Source of the DNA: Octopus sinensis
Taxonomy: Eukaryota
Length of the DNA: 64,000 bases
Direction of reading: 5' to 3'
Assembly (NCBI RefSeq): GCF_006345805.1
Contig: NC_043001.1
Location: 82,088,001 to 82,152,000, forward strand
Positions 50,715 to 64,000 of this stretch are shown here, piece by piece. A program made the translations under genes and the position numbers. Position 1 is the stretch's first letter. Every line of letters starts with the position of its first letter. The notes below the pieces were generated by a model. That model searched no databases. It saw only the letters and a program-made list of their open reading frames with translations, and was not told where the DNA came from.

Positions 50715-50770
<56 letters not shown>
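49950..50770 (+). mobile_element. Two tandem 3' fragments of an R4/Dong-like RLE retrotransposon in (AAT)n
   Basis: WNFTVQTDRKIDANKSNIILKD..LLIDMTV...SKYKDLEIEV...KTIPVVI (copy A); KTIPVVIGALGMI...VLMGTAHILRKILSM* (copy B); shared 3' UTR; (AAT)n tails. Confidence 0.85.
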
Positions 50771-51950
50771 TTTCATTGGTATCGAGCCTGTAACCACTGA
50801 GGATACCCACAGTAAACATCTCATTGAGAGGGCGTATAGATTTGAGTGGCGTCTGTGTATAAGTGTGCACGTGCTTGTGTGCATATACGTGTATTGTAAT
50901 GAGAGTTCAGTTGTTCTCTAGGTAACTCCTTAACAATAAATTATCACTGATAATGAGTACACAGTGTTTGACCTTTCCAATCCACCATTTTCACATCCCG
51001 CCGCTTGTCAAAGTCACAAGGTCACCAACTGATATGCGCTGCTTCTTATGAAATACAGTCTTGACACAAACATTTACTGTTGATAAGATAAATCTCCTGC
51101 TGTCTATGGAACTGTGACTCTTGGACAATGGTTGGGCGTAGTTGTTTGCTGGTGTCTTTATCAGCAATATTACAACAGTCACGTTTATCTGTTTTATCAT
51201 TGGAGGTTTGTGCCAGTCAAGATAAATTTTATACTAGCACACAACTATCATCTTACTTAAAATATTGTGGCCATCAACAACAAACACGTGTCACAGTTAA
51301 CCTGACAGCGATGCGATAGGACCGGATAGGTCTGATTTTCTTTCGTTTCATTGCATTTTTTAATGATTTCGTCAGAGATGCAAAACAGCGTCTCTGACCC
51401 TTTTTAGGGCTCCAAAATATGTGGGGAGAGAGAGAGCGAGAAAGAGAGAGAGAGAGCAAGAAAGAGAGAGAGAGAGGGGGGGAGGGAGGGAGGGAGAGAG
51501 AATGTGTGAGCGTGCGCCTGTGATTGTCAGACATGAGATCGAGTCTGAATGTTTGCAACAGAATCAACGAATCAACTCTGCTAAAGCATGAAAGAGCGGG
51601 TGGCGGTAATAAACCGGATGATGGATTAAATTTATTACTCAAGAACTGGAACAGTGCCCTGACAAGTTTACGCAAAGATTCCGCTTTCTTTTACTCACAG
51701 ATCTTCAGAAATAATTGAAGACATTTTTCTGGGATCGAACTCGAAAGCTGCTAGTTGCGAAACGAACTCCTTATCCAGACAGTCATGTCTGCTTAAATCT
51801 TCATCGTTCACTGTAAATTTCTAACATTATACTGAAGACAAATTGCAGTGGTGACCCCTACAGAAGACTCTTTCCTGAAGCTGCGACAACCCAGTAGTTA
51901 TCTGAGAAATGGGATAATTACCAGAGATTTGATATCTGAATTTATTACAT

Positions 51951-52244
51951 AATAAATAAATTAAGGCAGAGAACTTAACAAGAAAGAAAAGAATTAATAA
52001 TGTATTAATTCCTCTTTCGGGTGACTCACTCGTCTACAAGAGGAAAACAGTCAGCGAATTATAGAAGATCAGAGGTTAGCCAAGCGTAATCTTTGGCCAA
52101 CATTACACATAGTCGGTCTTCGAGATATTCAATATTTCATTGTTTTCCTCTGCAGATGGATGACTCACCCGAAATATAAAGAATTTATAATTATTAATTC
52201 TTTCTTTCGCATTGTAAGAAGTTCCTCACCTTACTTTATTTATT
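51951..52244. repeat. MITE-like imperfect inverted repeat (~100-bp arms)
   Basis: 51951-52049 vs 52141-52244 (gaaagaa..gaattaataat...tttcgggtga.tca....tct.ca.gaggaaaaca). Confidence 0.75.
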
Positions 52245-52619
52245 TTCTTACATGACAATTCTTCAAGCGAACTACAATGCTCCTCTGAATTATAATTCTT
52301 CAAGAACTAATACTTTATTATCTTGTTTCCTTTTAAGTTAAGCAGAAGAAAGAAATATATTCTCATGGATAGGAACATAGTTCATCTCATATTGCAGATA
52401 CTTAATATTTATTTCTCACTTTCTACAAGAACTGAGGATTCAAAAATACATTAAAATGTTTAGAGACGTAACGAAACCCTTGTATGCGGAACTGGTAGTC
52501 CAAAACATTAATAGCTTCGACAATTTCATATCTACTAAGATCTAATACAATGGAGTGTCGTTTATAGAAATCTCTTTGGGCAATTGTCTTTTCCCATAAC
52601 CTCCGATTAATTCAAGCCA

Positions 52620-53540
52620 TGTAAAGTGATGTTGAATAGAGAGAAACTGTGTGGAAGCCGGTGTTAGACCACCATCTGGCCAAACAGGCTGAGTCCCGCC
52701 ACTTAATACGACTCATCACATCATCTGGATGTGTTAGCAGAATAACATCACGTGTTCGAACAGAGCTGATCGACGAAGGATCTTGCCAGACCATCGACCC
52801 TACATATCCTGTCGAGGTGCCCATAGGAATGTATCACTCATGAGATATTGCTTCGCTTTCTAGCATTGTCTTGAAGAACGCATGTCTCTCTCTTTCTCTG
52901 TCACCTCCCCTATTTCTCGGATGATATAGGTGATTGCAAGGAGACTGCTTTAGAGATTTTGTTCGCAAACTTTCTCCACGGGATATTCAGAACGGCCTGT
53001 AATATACGTCAGTAACTACCATCAAAACTTGCTCTAAAAGTTTGGCGAGTGGCCAAACAGTAGACCTGTACAAGAGCATTGATTCCACAGTAGCACGAAA
53101 AAAAAAAACCTTTTTAAGATCATCAAGTAGTTATGACTTTCAAATGACAGTGAGGCTATCAAGTACAGCTCATTCTTTCGCAAGACAAATTTTTAAATCT
53201 TTAAGGGTGGATGTGATGTTATTTCCTAAGTTTTCAAAGGAGTCTACAAGTTTTAAAGTTTTTTTTTTGTTTCCATTGAGCCCTTCTTATTGTAGCAGAT
53301 GCATTTAGTCTTTGAGGCATTGGCATAAAGACCAACATCTCCTTTATGAAGGTGATGTAGACGTGTTGTAGTTTTCGAAATGCTGTCTGCACGGACAAGG
53401 GGAGGTGGATTATGTTACAGTAAATCGCGTTCAGTAATTCCATCAATTGCCAAATAGGTAAAGTGGTATGATTTCGTTTACATGTCTCCTGGATCAAGAG
53501 TGACCCGGGGTCAAACAATAACAACATCAGCATGTACAAC
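52620..53540 (-). mobile_element. Degenerate RTE-clade LINE RT/3' fragment
   Basis: Minus-strand fragments GLYANASKTKCICYNK, YLG-like LGNNITST, FFRATVESMLLY and ILQAVLNIPW occur in RTE order. Confidence 0.8.
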
Positions 53541-53559
53541 GTTATCAATTAAATCAACA

Positions 53560-54632
53560 AGGCGGCGAGCTGGCAGAATCGTTAGCACGCCGGGCGAAAT
53601 GCTTAGCAGTATTTCGTCTGCCGCTACGTTCTGAGTTTAAATTCCGCCGTGGTCGACTTTGCCTTTCATCCTTTCGGGGTCGATTAAATAAGTACCAGTT
53701 ACGCACTGGGGTCGATATAATCGACTTAATCCGTTTTTCTGTCCATGTTTGTCCTCTCGGTGTTTAGCCCCTTGTGGGTAGTAAAGAAATAAGTATTTCG
53801 TCTGCCGCTACGCTCTGAGTTCAAATTCCATGGAGGTTGACTTTGATTTTCAGGGTCTATAAATTAAGAATCAGTGAAACACCGGGGTCGCTGTAACCTA
53901 CTAGTCCCCCTCCCCTCATATTTTAGGTCTTGTGCCTTTAGTAAAAAGGATTATCAATTGCATCACTCTTTTACCTTAGTTAACTTCAACGTGCTATTCC
54001 ACCTCATGTAACTAATTAACTATTATAATAATTCTTTCTGCTGTAGACATAAGGCCTGACACTTGGCGGGAGGGGATATGTTGATTACATTGGCCCCAGC
54101 GCACAACTGGTGGTTAGTTTATTAACTTCGAAAGGATCAAAGGTAAAGCTGATCTCTGTGGAATTGTAGAATGTCAACTCAGAACCTAAAGCCACAAGAA
54201 ATGCCACTGAGCATTTTGCCCAGCGTGCCAACGATTCTGCCAGCTCGCCGCCAAAATAACAATCTTTTCTACTATAAGCACAAGGATTGAAATTTGAGGA
54301 GATGGGATTTTCTGTAGGGGATTTTTCACCAAAAGAATGAAAGCAAAGTTGACTACGGTGGAATTTTGAACTCGGAACGCAAAGCCGGATAAAATACCTA
54401 TTTCTTTACTACTCACAAGGTGCTAAACACAGAGTGGACAAACAAGGACAGACAAACGGATTAAGTCGATTATATCGACCCTTGTGCGTAACTGGTACTT
54501 ATTTAATCGAGTGCGAAAGGATGAAAGGCAAAGTCGACCTCGGCGGAATTTGAACTCAGAACGTAGCGGTAGACGAAATACCGCTGAGCATTTCTGTCCG
54601 CTGGCGTGCTAACGATTCGGCCAGTTCGGCAC
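53560..54632. mobile_element. Family A SINE cluster: + copies 53560-53945, minus copies 54030-54632
   Basis: Consensus-like copy at 53561-53790. Confidence 0.9.
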
Positions 54633-55328
54633 CTTTATAATAATGATAATGATGCCGATGGTGTTGATTTCTTTTATTTGCCACAGGGGCATCAGATGCA
54701 AGAACAGTTTACAGTTTAGTGTGGGGGGAAAACGTTAAAGGAGTATAAAATGATATAAAAGTATACGTAGTATACAAAATAGGTGAACACATGAATGATG
54801 ATGATGATGATGATGACGATAACGACGACGATGATGATAAAAGATATCATTTATGCGGTGTTCCTATTTCATAAAGAATAAACATTGACCAAGTAATTGT
54901 CAGAAATGCGTAGCTACACCCATCTCTACTTGGTTTAAATATTGCTGAATTAAGAGATTAATGAACTGTAAAGTAATCTGACTGAAGACAGCACACAGAT
55001 ATATATACACAGAGAGAAGAGAGATGTCGTAATTAATGCTATCAGTTTTATTCAACCTGACCTATCTCATACAATTGATCCCACATCTTATTTATCATTG
55101 TCTACTAGTCTTTCATTTTATCAGCGCTCCTATAATAGTTTTCAGCTCTCAGAAGATTTTCTATATTAAGTTTAGTGAGACCAGACAGAGGAAGGCTTGT
55201 CTCTTATACTTCAGTTCTGACATCAAAAAGGACTGCAGCATAACTTCAAAATTTTTGTCTTCTATGTGTGACACATTCTGTCTTTCTGTCTGTTAGTCTG
55301 TGTATCTGTCTGTCTTTCTATGTTTGTC

Positions 55329-55428
<100 letters not shown>

Positions 55429-55459
55429 CTATCTAGCTATCTATCTATCTATCTACCTA

Positions 55460-56040
55460 TCATCCTTGTGGCTATGGCGAAAGAATGTATCTGGTGGATG
55501 CGTCTGAAAGGATTGGAGACAAACACTTTCCTCTCTGGTCAATCTCTCATCAACTTCTTCAAGTACCACTTGAAAAGGAAAGTGAGAGTAGAGAGGCAAG
55601 TTTTGTCTAGCGAATGTTTTAAAAAAAGATGGGTGAATGTAGCAAGAATGGCACGTATGAATGACGAAGCCACCTTGAGCATAGTCCTATGAACCCAGAA
55701 ATCGAAAACAGAGAGTTGCTTATTTGCAAAAAAAAAAAAAAAAAAGAAATATAAAATGTGACTTCATTGACCGAGGTTACCGTGGTCTTTTCCGTAGGCT
55801 TTTCTTTCCACGGGTAAACCTCACCTGTCCTTCCCTTTACACTTCATATGACATTTCTGTGATAACGATCCTATTGATCAATTTTTTTCCTCTCCCCCTT
55901 TTTTTTTTTTTTAACCCCCCCTTTCTTTTGTCCTCTTTCTCTCCTTTTACGATCCCTTTTGATCGAAACTCCCCCTTCCTTTTTTTTTTTTTTTTTTTAA
56001 ACCTTCAAAAGAAAAGCTCTACCTTGTAATTTGTTCTATC
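55460..56040 (+). mobile_element. 3' end of an L1/Tx1-like LINE (ORF2 C-terminus to stop at 55692, T-rich 3' UTR)
   Basis: ILVAMAKECIWWMRLKG...LINFFKYHLKRKVRVERQVL...FKKRWV resembles the AK..IW..R...F...L...E...F...W end of Tx1-type ORF2; no stops within. Confidence 0.6.
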
Positions 56041-56609
56041 TGTGTGCAGCCCTGTGTGGCTAATAAAGAAACATATCTACCTAGCTAGCTATCTGCCTGT
56101 TTACCAGCCCATCTCTCTATGTGTGTATGTATCTATCTGCCTGCCTGCCTACCTACCTACCTACTCACGTACCTACCTGCGTGCCTCCATGCCGCCTGCC
56201 GCCTGCCTGCCTGCCTGCCTGCCTGTCTGCCTTCCTGTCTGTCTGTCAGTCTATTTATCTACGGAGAAAAAGTGTTGTTTTTTTCTTCAAATTATCACTT
56301 TTATATTTCATTTAATTTCAACTATGACTTATATGAAATATTTTATCATTTTTTCTCCGCCATGTTTCTCTTCCCCTCCCCGAATTGCAGCATTTTCATT
56401 TTATTTTGTTATAAAATAAATAAATAAATAAATAAACAGAAGACAATTATTAACAAATATTATTATTGATTAAAAAACACTAATGGCGAAGGCGCCTGCA
56501 GAAAAGGCTGTTATTTAGCACAACTGCACAGTTTGGAAGGAGGTTTAGTGGTTAAAGTTGATTGCTCGTGTTGTTATTGTTGGTCTTAAATCGGTTATTG
56601 TTATACATG

Positions 56610-57122
56610 CTGTTGTCTTCTTCTTCTTCTTCTTCTACTTCTTCTTCCAATCAGGACTCGCGCCATTAGCCACAAAGAATAATCTCTAATTCGAGCCTAC
56701 TCTAAGCTACTAAGAATGCGTGTGGCAATTTGAAGATCCACCCACCACACGCGATAGACTGGCGGTTGCACGGGCGCGAAAGCTACGTTGCTATCATCAT
56801 TCCGTAAACGGTGGCTTTTAACGGGTGGAGAGCTGAACCATCCTGGGTTACAGAGGATTCGAAATCTAGACTAGGGTCTGAAAGTTTACCACACCATAGT
56901 GGGTTACACCATGATTCCTCTGCTTTGTGGCAGAAGTAGGAAGAAAGAGTAAGAGAAAGTTGTGGTGAAAGAGTACAGTGGGGTTCATCCCACCCCCACC
57001 GGAGCCTCGTGGAACTTAGGTGCTTTTGCTCAATAAACACTCACAATGCCTGGTCTTGGAATCGAAACCGTGTTCTTACGACCGCGTGGCCGCTGCCCTA
57101 ACCACTGGGCCATTGCGCCTCC
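56610..57122 (-). mobile_element. SINE family C, long-tail variant
   Basis: Reverse complement of 17841-18345. Confidence 0.88.
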
Positions 57123-57184
57123 ACTATATGCTGTTGTAGTAGATATTGTAGTTTTTGGTGCTTTTATTGCAGTAGAATTAGTAG

Positions 57185-57620
57185 ATTCTTGGGTTCAAAT
57201 TTTGGCACAAGACCAGAAAATTTGGTGGAGAGATAAGTCGATTACATCGGCTCCAGTGTTCAACTGGTACTTATTTTATCGATCCCGGAAGGATGAAAGC
57301 CAAAGTCGACCACGGTGGAATTTGAACTCACACTGTAAAGACGGAAGTAATTCCGATAGGCGTTTCGTCAGGCATATTCTTTTACTTGTTTCATTGATTT
57401 GGCTGTGGCCATGCTGGAGCACTTCAGTCGAGCAAATCGACCCCAGGACTTATTCTGTGTAAGCCTAGTACTTATTCTATCGGTCTCTTTTGCCGAACTG
57501 CTAGGTTACGGGGGACGCAACACACTAGTATCGGTTGTCAAGCGATGTTGGGAGGACAAACACAAGACACACAAACGTATACACACAAACACATACACAC
57601 ACACAAACAAACACACACAT

Positions 57621-57653
<33 letters not shown>

Positions 57654-57806
57654 CATTAAAACGACGGGCTTCTTTCAGCAACGTGAAATGAAGTGCTCGA
57701 GCACACAACGCATAGCCCGGTTCAGGAATTGAAACCACAATCTTACGACCACGAGTTCAACAACTTTAACCACTATGCCACACGCCTCCACATATATAAT
57801 ATATCG

Positions 57807-57869
<63 letters not shown>

Positions 57870-58235
57870 TGTATGTATGTATGTATGTATGTACCAAATC
57901 CACTCACAAGGCTTTGATCAGCCCGGGGCTATAGTAGAAGGCACTTGAGCAAGGTGTCACGCAGTGGGACTGAACCCGAAACCATGTGGCTGGTAAGCAT
58001 ACTAGAAATTCTGCTAGGTCGTCGCATTAATTGTAGAATTAATAATCCTTTCTATTATTGGCACGAGTCCTGGAATTCAGAAGATGTGACCTGTGGATTA
58101 CATCGACCCCTGTGCTCAATTCGTACTTATTTTATCGACACCCACGAGGATGAAAGCCGAAATCGTACACATCGGAATTTGAACTCAGAACGTAAAGCAT
58201 TTTACCCGGCATGATAACGATTCTGCAAGCTCGCC
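57185..58235 (-). mobile_element. Nested cluster of SINEs A, B and D fragments
   Basis: A at 57185-57372 and 58030-58235; B at 57378-57675 and 57890-57996; D-type head at 57675-57790. Confidence 0.8.
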
Positions 58236-58249
58236 ATTTTGATTGTAAC

Positions 58250-58283
58250 ATTAACAATAGTATTAGTAACAGCAACAGCAATT

Positions 58284-58323
<40 letters not shown>

Positions 58324-58377
58324 CAGCAGTAGTAGTAGTAGTAGCAGTATCAGCAGTAGTAGTAGTAGCAGTATCAG

Positions 58378-58422
<45 letters not shown>

Positions 58423-59674
58423 TAGTAGTAGAAGCAGCAGCAGTAGTAGTAGTAGTAGTAGTAGCAGCAGCAGCAGCAGTAGTATTAGTATTAGTAGTCG
58501 CAGCAACAATAGTAGTATTAGTAGTAAGAGTAGCTGTGGTGGTGGTACTGGTGGTGGTAGTTGTCGTTGTTGTATAAGCGTTGTTGGTGTTGATTTTTGT
58601 TGGTAGTGAGGGTAGTAGTAGTAGGAGGAGGAAGAGGAGGAGGAGGAGGAGGAGGAGGAAGAGGAGGTGGAGGAGAAGGACGACGACGTGTAACTGCAGC
58701 AGCAGAAGGAGCAGCAGCAGTGGTAATAAAAGTAGATGTGGTGATAGTAATGGTGATGGTAACAGTAACAGCATTTGTAGCAGCAGCAGCAGCAACAGTA
58801 GAAGTAGTAGTATTGGTGGTAGGGCTGGCGTTATTATTATTATTATTATTATTATTAGTAGTAGTAGTAGTAGTAGTATTGGTGGTGGTGCTGGTTTTAG
58901 TAGTAGTAGTAGTAGTAGTGGTGGGGCTGATATTAGTAATAGTAGTAGTAGTAGTATTGGTGGTGGTGGTTGTGGTTGTGGTGGTAGTGGTAGCAGCTGT
59001 AGTATTTATTGTTCTGGTGTTTATTCAATATTTCCAAATTCCCTTTTCATATTTTACAAAGATAACGAAAAATGTTTTCTTTACAATGAGAATTTTTATT
59101 TTATTTTCATATCATTTTGCTCCTTTTTATTTATTTTTTTGATATTTTACATTTTTTATTTTAATCTTTGTCTTTTTAACTCACTCATCACAATGTTCTT
59201 AGCAAATTAATATTTATAGTGAAAAAATTGCATCCGGTACTGAAAAGATGACGTCAACAAAGAATATGGCCGTCTTATCGATGATGATTATGATGATGAT
59301 GATGGTAGTGGTGACGATAATGATGATGGTGCTGATGGTGATGATGTGAAGGTGATGGTAGCAGTGATGGTGGTGTTGATGATAGTAGTGGTGGTATTGA
59401 TAATGTTGGTGATGTTGATGGCAGTATTAATACTAGTAGACGATGACAATGGTGATGATGATGACGACGACGACGTTGTTGTTGTTGTTGTTGTTGTTGT
59501 TGGTGGTGGTTAAGGTCGTGGCGATGGTGATGGTAGTGGTGATAGTGTTGGGGTTCATGATGGTAGTGGTAGTAATGATATTGTTGATAGCAAAGGCAAT
59601 GATGATGATGATGATGATGACGACGACAACGACGACGACGATGATGATGGTGATGCCGATGATGGAGACAGTGG

Positions 59675-59716
<42 letters not shown>

Positions 59717-59800
59717 CGACAACGACAACGACGACGACGATGATGATGTTGATGCCGATGATGGAGACAGTGGTGATGATGATGATGATGATGATGATAA
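58250..59800. repeat. Compound trinucleotide microsatellites (TAG/CAG/GAG/GGT 58250-59000; GAT/GAC 59270-59800)
   Basis: Directly visible; ~97-bp higher-order duplication near 59618/59715. Confidence 0.95.
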
Positions 59801-60114
59801 AAACGAAGTTTAACACTGGCACAAATCTAATACAGTTTAATAGACAGTTTAATCGTTATATCGAACCCAGTATTAAACTGTTTATTTTACCGATACCAGG
59901 AAAAAAAAAGGCATAAAGGAGAGGAAGGCGGAAAAGGGAGGCAGAATTGACCTCCTTTAGATCTGAACGCTGTACGTATAAAGGAGTGAAACTGTAAATA
60001 CGATAAATCCGATTTTTATGTTTTTCAACAGTTCAGGAAACTCAAAACTATTGTTCATCGTCACTTGTAGAACAGGAGAGAATTACCATATATATCTATA
60101 TACACACACACACA

Positions 60115-60156
<42 letters not shown>

Positions 60157-61169
60157 AATAAAATAGAACATATGCATATATATAAACATATATGTACGTA
60201 CCTACCTCTACATGTACATATACACGCATATATGTGTACAGGACACCAAAAAGACGTCGAACACATAGAGAGACGAAAAACATAGACACAAACCAAGAAC
60301 AGGACAAGCAAAAAAGGAGAGATACAGGACAATAACCACAACGAAAATCCCTTCTTCAGTCGCTAAGGTTTCATCTACTCTACGTTTCGAAGGATAAAAG
60401 CGAGACGTATACTTCGAAGAAACTTCCTTCCTGCGAAAAGCAAATCAATTAAAATTCTGAGATCTTTTCGCAGAGGGTAAAAAATGGTAAAAAAAGCAAG
60501 ACGGTAACGACAGTACAAACAATAAACAGTAAAAAAATATATATAACAGTGGAAAAATAAATATATAACAGTGAGAGACAGGACAAGGAGAACAAGATAA
60601 GAGGGCTGTTTACGCCAGACGAAAAAAGTATTGCAAACGCTGGATTATAGTGGACGACGAGAGAGAAAGAATGTCGACCAGTAGCCTTAGAAGGCGGGCG
60701 AGAAAGACAGGATAGCAGTTACGACGGAAGTATCGTCGCAGATGGACGACGGGAATGGGGGAGGAGAGCAAGAGGAAGAGAGAGAAAAGGGAATGGTGCG
60801 AGGAGACCATGAAGAATGGTGAGGGGGAGAGAGAGAATGAAGAATGAGAGAGAGAGGAAGAGACAAGTTAAGTGAGGGAAAAAAGACGAAAAAGGAATGG
60901 GAGAGAAAGAAAATGGGAGATATATATATATATATATATATATATTCCCACTATATATATATTATATATATATATAATATATATATATATATATACATAT
61001 ATACATATATGCATATATAATACATACATACACACACACATACATACACACACACACACCACACACACATATATATATATAAGGTTTCTGAAAAGGAACA
61101 CACGAGTTGATATATATAAAGAAAATAAGACAAGGTAGAAAATGCTAAAATAATTTTATCATGAAAAAC

Positions 61170-61219
61170 AGTTTAGTACCGGTTTCAGTCATTGCGACTT
61201 TTTCAACTTAGAGTAAAGT
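61170..61219 (-). ncRNA. Hammerhead-like motif with U3-A8 core variant
   Basis: Minus strand: actttactctaag TTGAAAA AGTC gcaat GACT GAAA C cg G TA ctaaac. Confidence 0.7.
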
Positions 61220-62499
61220 ATGAAAAACAATTAAATTGTGGAAAATTAAATGAAAAGTTTTTTAAAAATATATATTTCCATAGTTTTTAAATGCAAAAGA
61301 CACCCTTACACACACACACGCACACACACACTCACACACACACACACACGACCACACACACACACTCACACACACAGACGTTTATTAAATGCTCTTAATC
61401 ATATATTGTCCACCTTTTTCTCATCTACATGCTTGAAGCTTAGTAACTTCCTAACTGTGTATATATGTGTATATAATAACTGTGTATATAATATATATAT
61501 GTGTGTATGTGTGTATGCTTGTGTGTGTGTGTGCGTGCGTGTGTGTGTGTGTGCCTGTGTGTGTGCCTATCTGTGTTTGTGTGCGCGCACGTGTATGCAA
61601 TATATGCCTGTGTATAACTGTCTCCTGAAAATTTTATGAAATAAAATTTAAACTTTTAACATAAAACCAAAAATCTTGGGGTAGATATCGAATATTCCAC
61701 AATCATGGACGGATGCAGAACAAACCCTATTCAGGCGATGGTTAAAGTCAGAAGATAAACGGACGCAACTAAAAATTCGTTTTAAAATTACCATGTCCAC
61801 TGCAGCACCATTTCTGACATTCATTAACGACCTACCTCTATTCATTTCTATATTTACTATCTCCTTTCTTAATTTACCTTCAATAAAGCAAAGTTATCTA
61901 TTCGCTAACACTTATCGCTTTTTGGCTTTTCTTTTCTTTCTTATCTGAACGTCTTTGCTGCTTTCAACTGCTCTTCTATCTCCAAATGCTCTTCGTCCTC
62001 CATCATTTTCCTTCTTATCCCTCTCATCCCCTCATAACTATATTTGCTCTCTTCTTAACTGTTTACAAACTCATAAATCCCATCCATGGAAATCTTCCAT
62101 GTATTAGCAATTCACTTTTCTATCGCTTCCCTCGGAAATCAATTCACAGCGAAAGGAACTGAGGGAGAGGTTTGATTTACTTACTACGAAGCTGTTTAAA
62201 CAAACCATATCGCTCAACTTCTTCATCACATCGTAGCCTTGATGGAAGATCAACATTTTCACTTGCACATCTTAAGTGTCTTAACATAATATCTATTTAT
62301 TTATCAACCTCTCTGTTTATCTTTTGACACACACACGCACACAAGCATACATAAACACACATAACTTCCTAAGACGTGTGTATATATGCCTGCGCGTATT
62401 TTTGTGGATATGTAACATGAAAAAAAAAATCAGAAGTCCTTCCCGAGCCATAAGCTCAAAGGGTTGGTTTCATGGAATCTGTGCCGTATATATTCTCCT

Positions 62500-62687
62500 T
62501 CGGGGCGGGATGCCTGTCTGTCGCGCGATTATTGATTTTTGCCGGCTGAGTAGACCGGAGCAACTTGAAATGAAGTGCTCGAGCACACAACGAATCACCT
62601 GATTCAGGAATCAAAACCACAATCTTACGACCACAACTACAACAATTTTAATCACTATGCCACACGCCTCCACATATATATATATCG

Positions 62688-62765
<78 letters not shown>

Positions 62766-63030
62766 AAAGAGAAAGATCAAAGGTCCTTCCCGAGCCAGAG
62801 GATCATAAGTCCGGTTTCCTGGATTCAGTGGTGTATATGTTTCTCCACTTGCAAGGAACACCGATCCGCCGCGTGATTACGTACTTTTGCCATCTGAGTG
62901 GACCGGAATAACATGAAATGAAGTGTATCGCTCAAGAACACAGCGCATCACCCGGTCCGGTCTTGGAATCGAAATCGTTATCTTACGATCATGTGTGCAG
63001 CACCCTAACCACTAAACCACGTGCCTTCAC
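62500..63030 (-). mobile_element. Two family D-type SINE 5' halves separated by (TA)n
   Basis: gagcaac.tgaaatgaagtg.tcg...ggaatc.aaa.c...atcttacga.c...aaccact.....cac.cgcct.c at ~62555-62671 and 62900-63030. Confidence 0.75.
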
Positions 63031-63071
63031 GGATGTGTAGCATAAATCCATTCTGCTAAAAGTGTATAGTC

Positions 63072-63161
<90 letters not shown>

Positions 63162-63176
63162 CACACACACACACAC

Positions 63177-63401
63177 TTTTGGGAACAGTAAATTCCGAAG
63201 TAGATAAAGCTGCTGTAAATATTTGGTTGAATATATTTGGACAGAAAAAGTCGAAGACTAACTCGGACTTGCACCAACATCTGTTAATATGACAGGCGAC
63301 TTTTAGCCCAAAGAGTTTCTTTTAATTGCAAGGATATTTTGAACCAAAAGTTACACGTTACAGTTATAGCTTTATCAACTTCAAGATTCACTGTTCCAAA
63401 A
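63177..63401. repeat. Diverged MITE-like inverted repeat (~60-bp arms)
   Basis: ttttgggaacagtaaattccgaagtagataaagct vs revcomp ttttggaacagtgaatcttgaagttgataaagct. Confidence 0.65.
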
Positions 63402-64000
63402 GAGAATTATTTCATGTTCTCGAATTTTAAAAGATTTTTATCGTGCTATTTACATCTTGTCGTAAATTAAAAAAATAATAGATGACAATTCTGGAAGTAG
63501 AAGACATAAGAATATAACTTTTAGAGAAGCCATTTCTTGATATTGTGTAGAATTTTACACTATGTCAAGAATCAAATGCTTCAGAAAAATATGCAATTGC
63601 GTCTTACAATTTTCAAGATAATCGTGGTATTTCTAAAGGGTGCTGTTTGTATGTAATTATCTAAACACTGCTAATTATATCTGAAGGAATTCTTCACTAA
63701 ACTGCAATTCTTTCTTGCAGATCTCATAATTGGTTGATCAACTGAGATGTAAATGATTGTGCACTTTCTTTTATTTCGCTGAGTACTTTGAAGAAATGCT
63801 GTTTTGTAACGAATGTTCTGGTCAGTAACTTTAACATTTTGATGATGTAGAATACTTCATTTTAGAGAAGGGAGGAGTTATAATCAATTGGATCGATATT
63901 GCTGTCTATTACTGATAATTATTTTATCGATCTCTGAGAGAAATAGAACCGATTTAGCTATGGTGTGAATTGAACACAACAGGAGAGACAGGTGCGTTAT

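Noticed and set aside
60340-60425. Permuted hammerhead (minus strand CCTTC-GAAACGTA ... CTGAAGAAGGGAT)
   Set aside because: Stem I hairpin does not pair and stem II needs an extra base; not supportable.
60560-60830. PLE endonuclease C-terminus on the minus strand (also 31480-31620)
   Set aside because: Only weak GLN/GVN-like hints; no ordered motif set could be read.

Overview
Eukaryotic, AT-rich, repeat-dominated DNA with no confidently identifiable host gene, rRNA, true tRNA gene or CRISPR array. The mix of tRNA-derived SINEs, RTE / RLE-type / Tx1-like LINE fragments, mariner, hAT and Helitron derivatives and dense TA/CA/TATC/trinucleotide microsatellites suggests an octopod cephalopod genome (inference only). 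Almost all ORFs in the supplied track are microsatellite or SINE artefacts. The standout structure is a ~7.9 kb fold-back element (~1981-9880): two ~3 kb inverted arms each carry a complete minimal type I hammerhead ribozyme (HHR) near the outer end, reading outward, and they enclose a 1.7 kb spacer with a frameshifted Penelope-like (PLE) linker + GIY-YIG endonuclease frame and no recognisable reverse transcriptase. The same outward-facing HHR pair recurs in miniature at 34966-35245. Three further HHR-like motifs carry a compensatory U3-A8 core instead of C3-G8 (38325, 39218, 61170). All these modules sit in or next to (TA)n tracts. All structures were read by eye; nothing was aligned, folded or searched computationally, and most repeat boundaries are approximate. 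Many arm-to-arm differences and frameshifts lie in homopolymers, so assembly error must be excluded.
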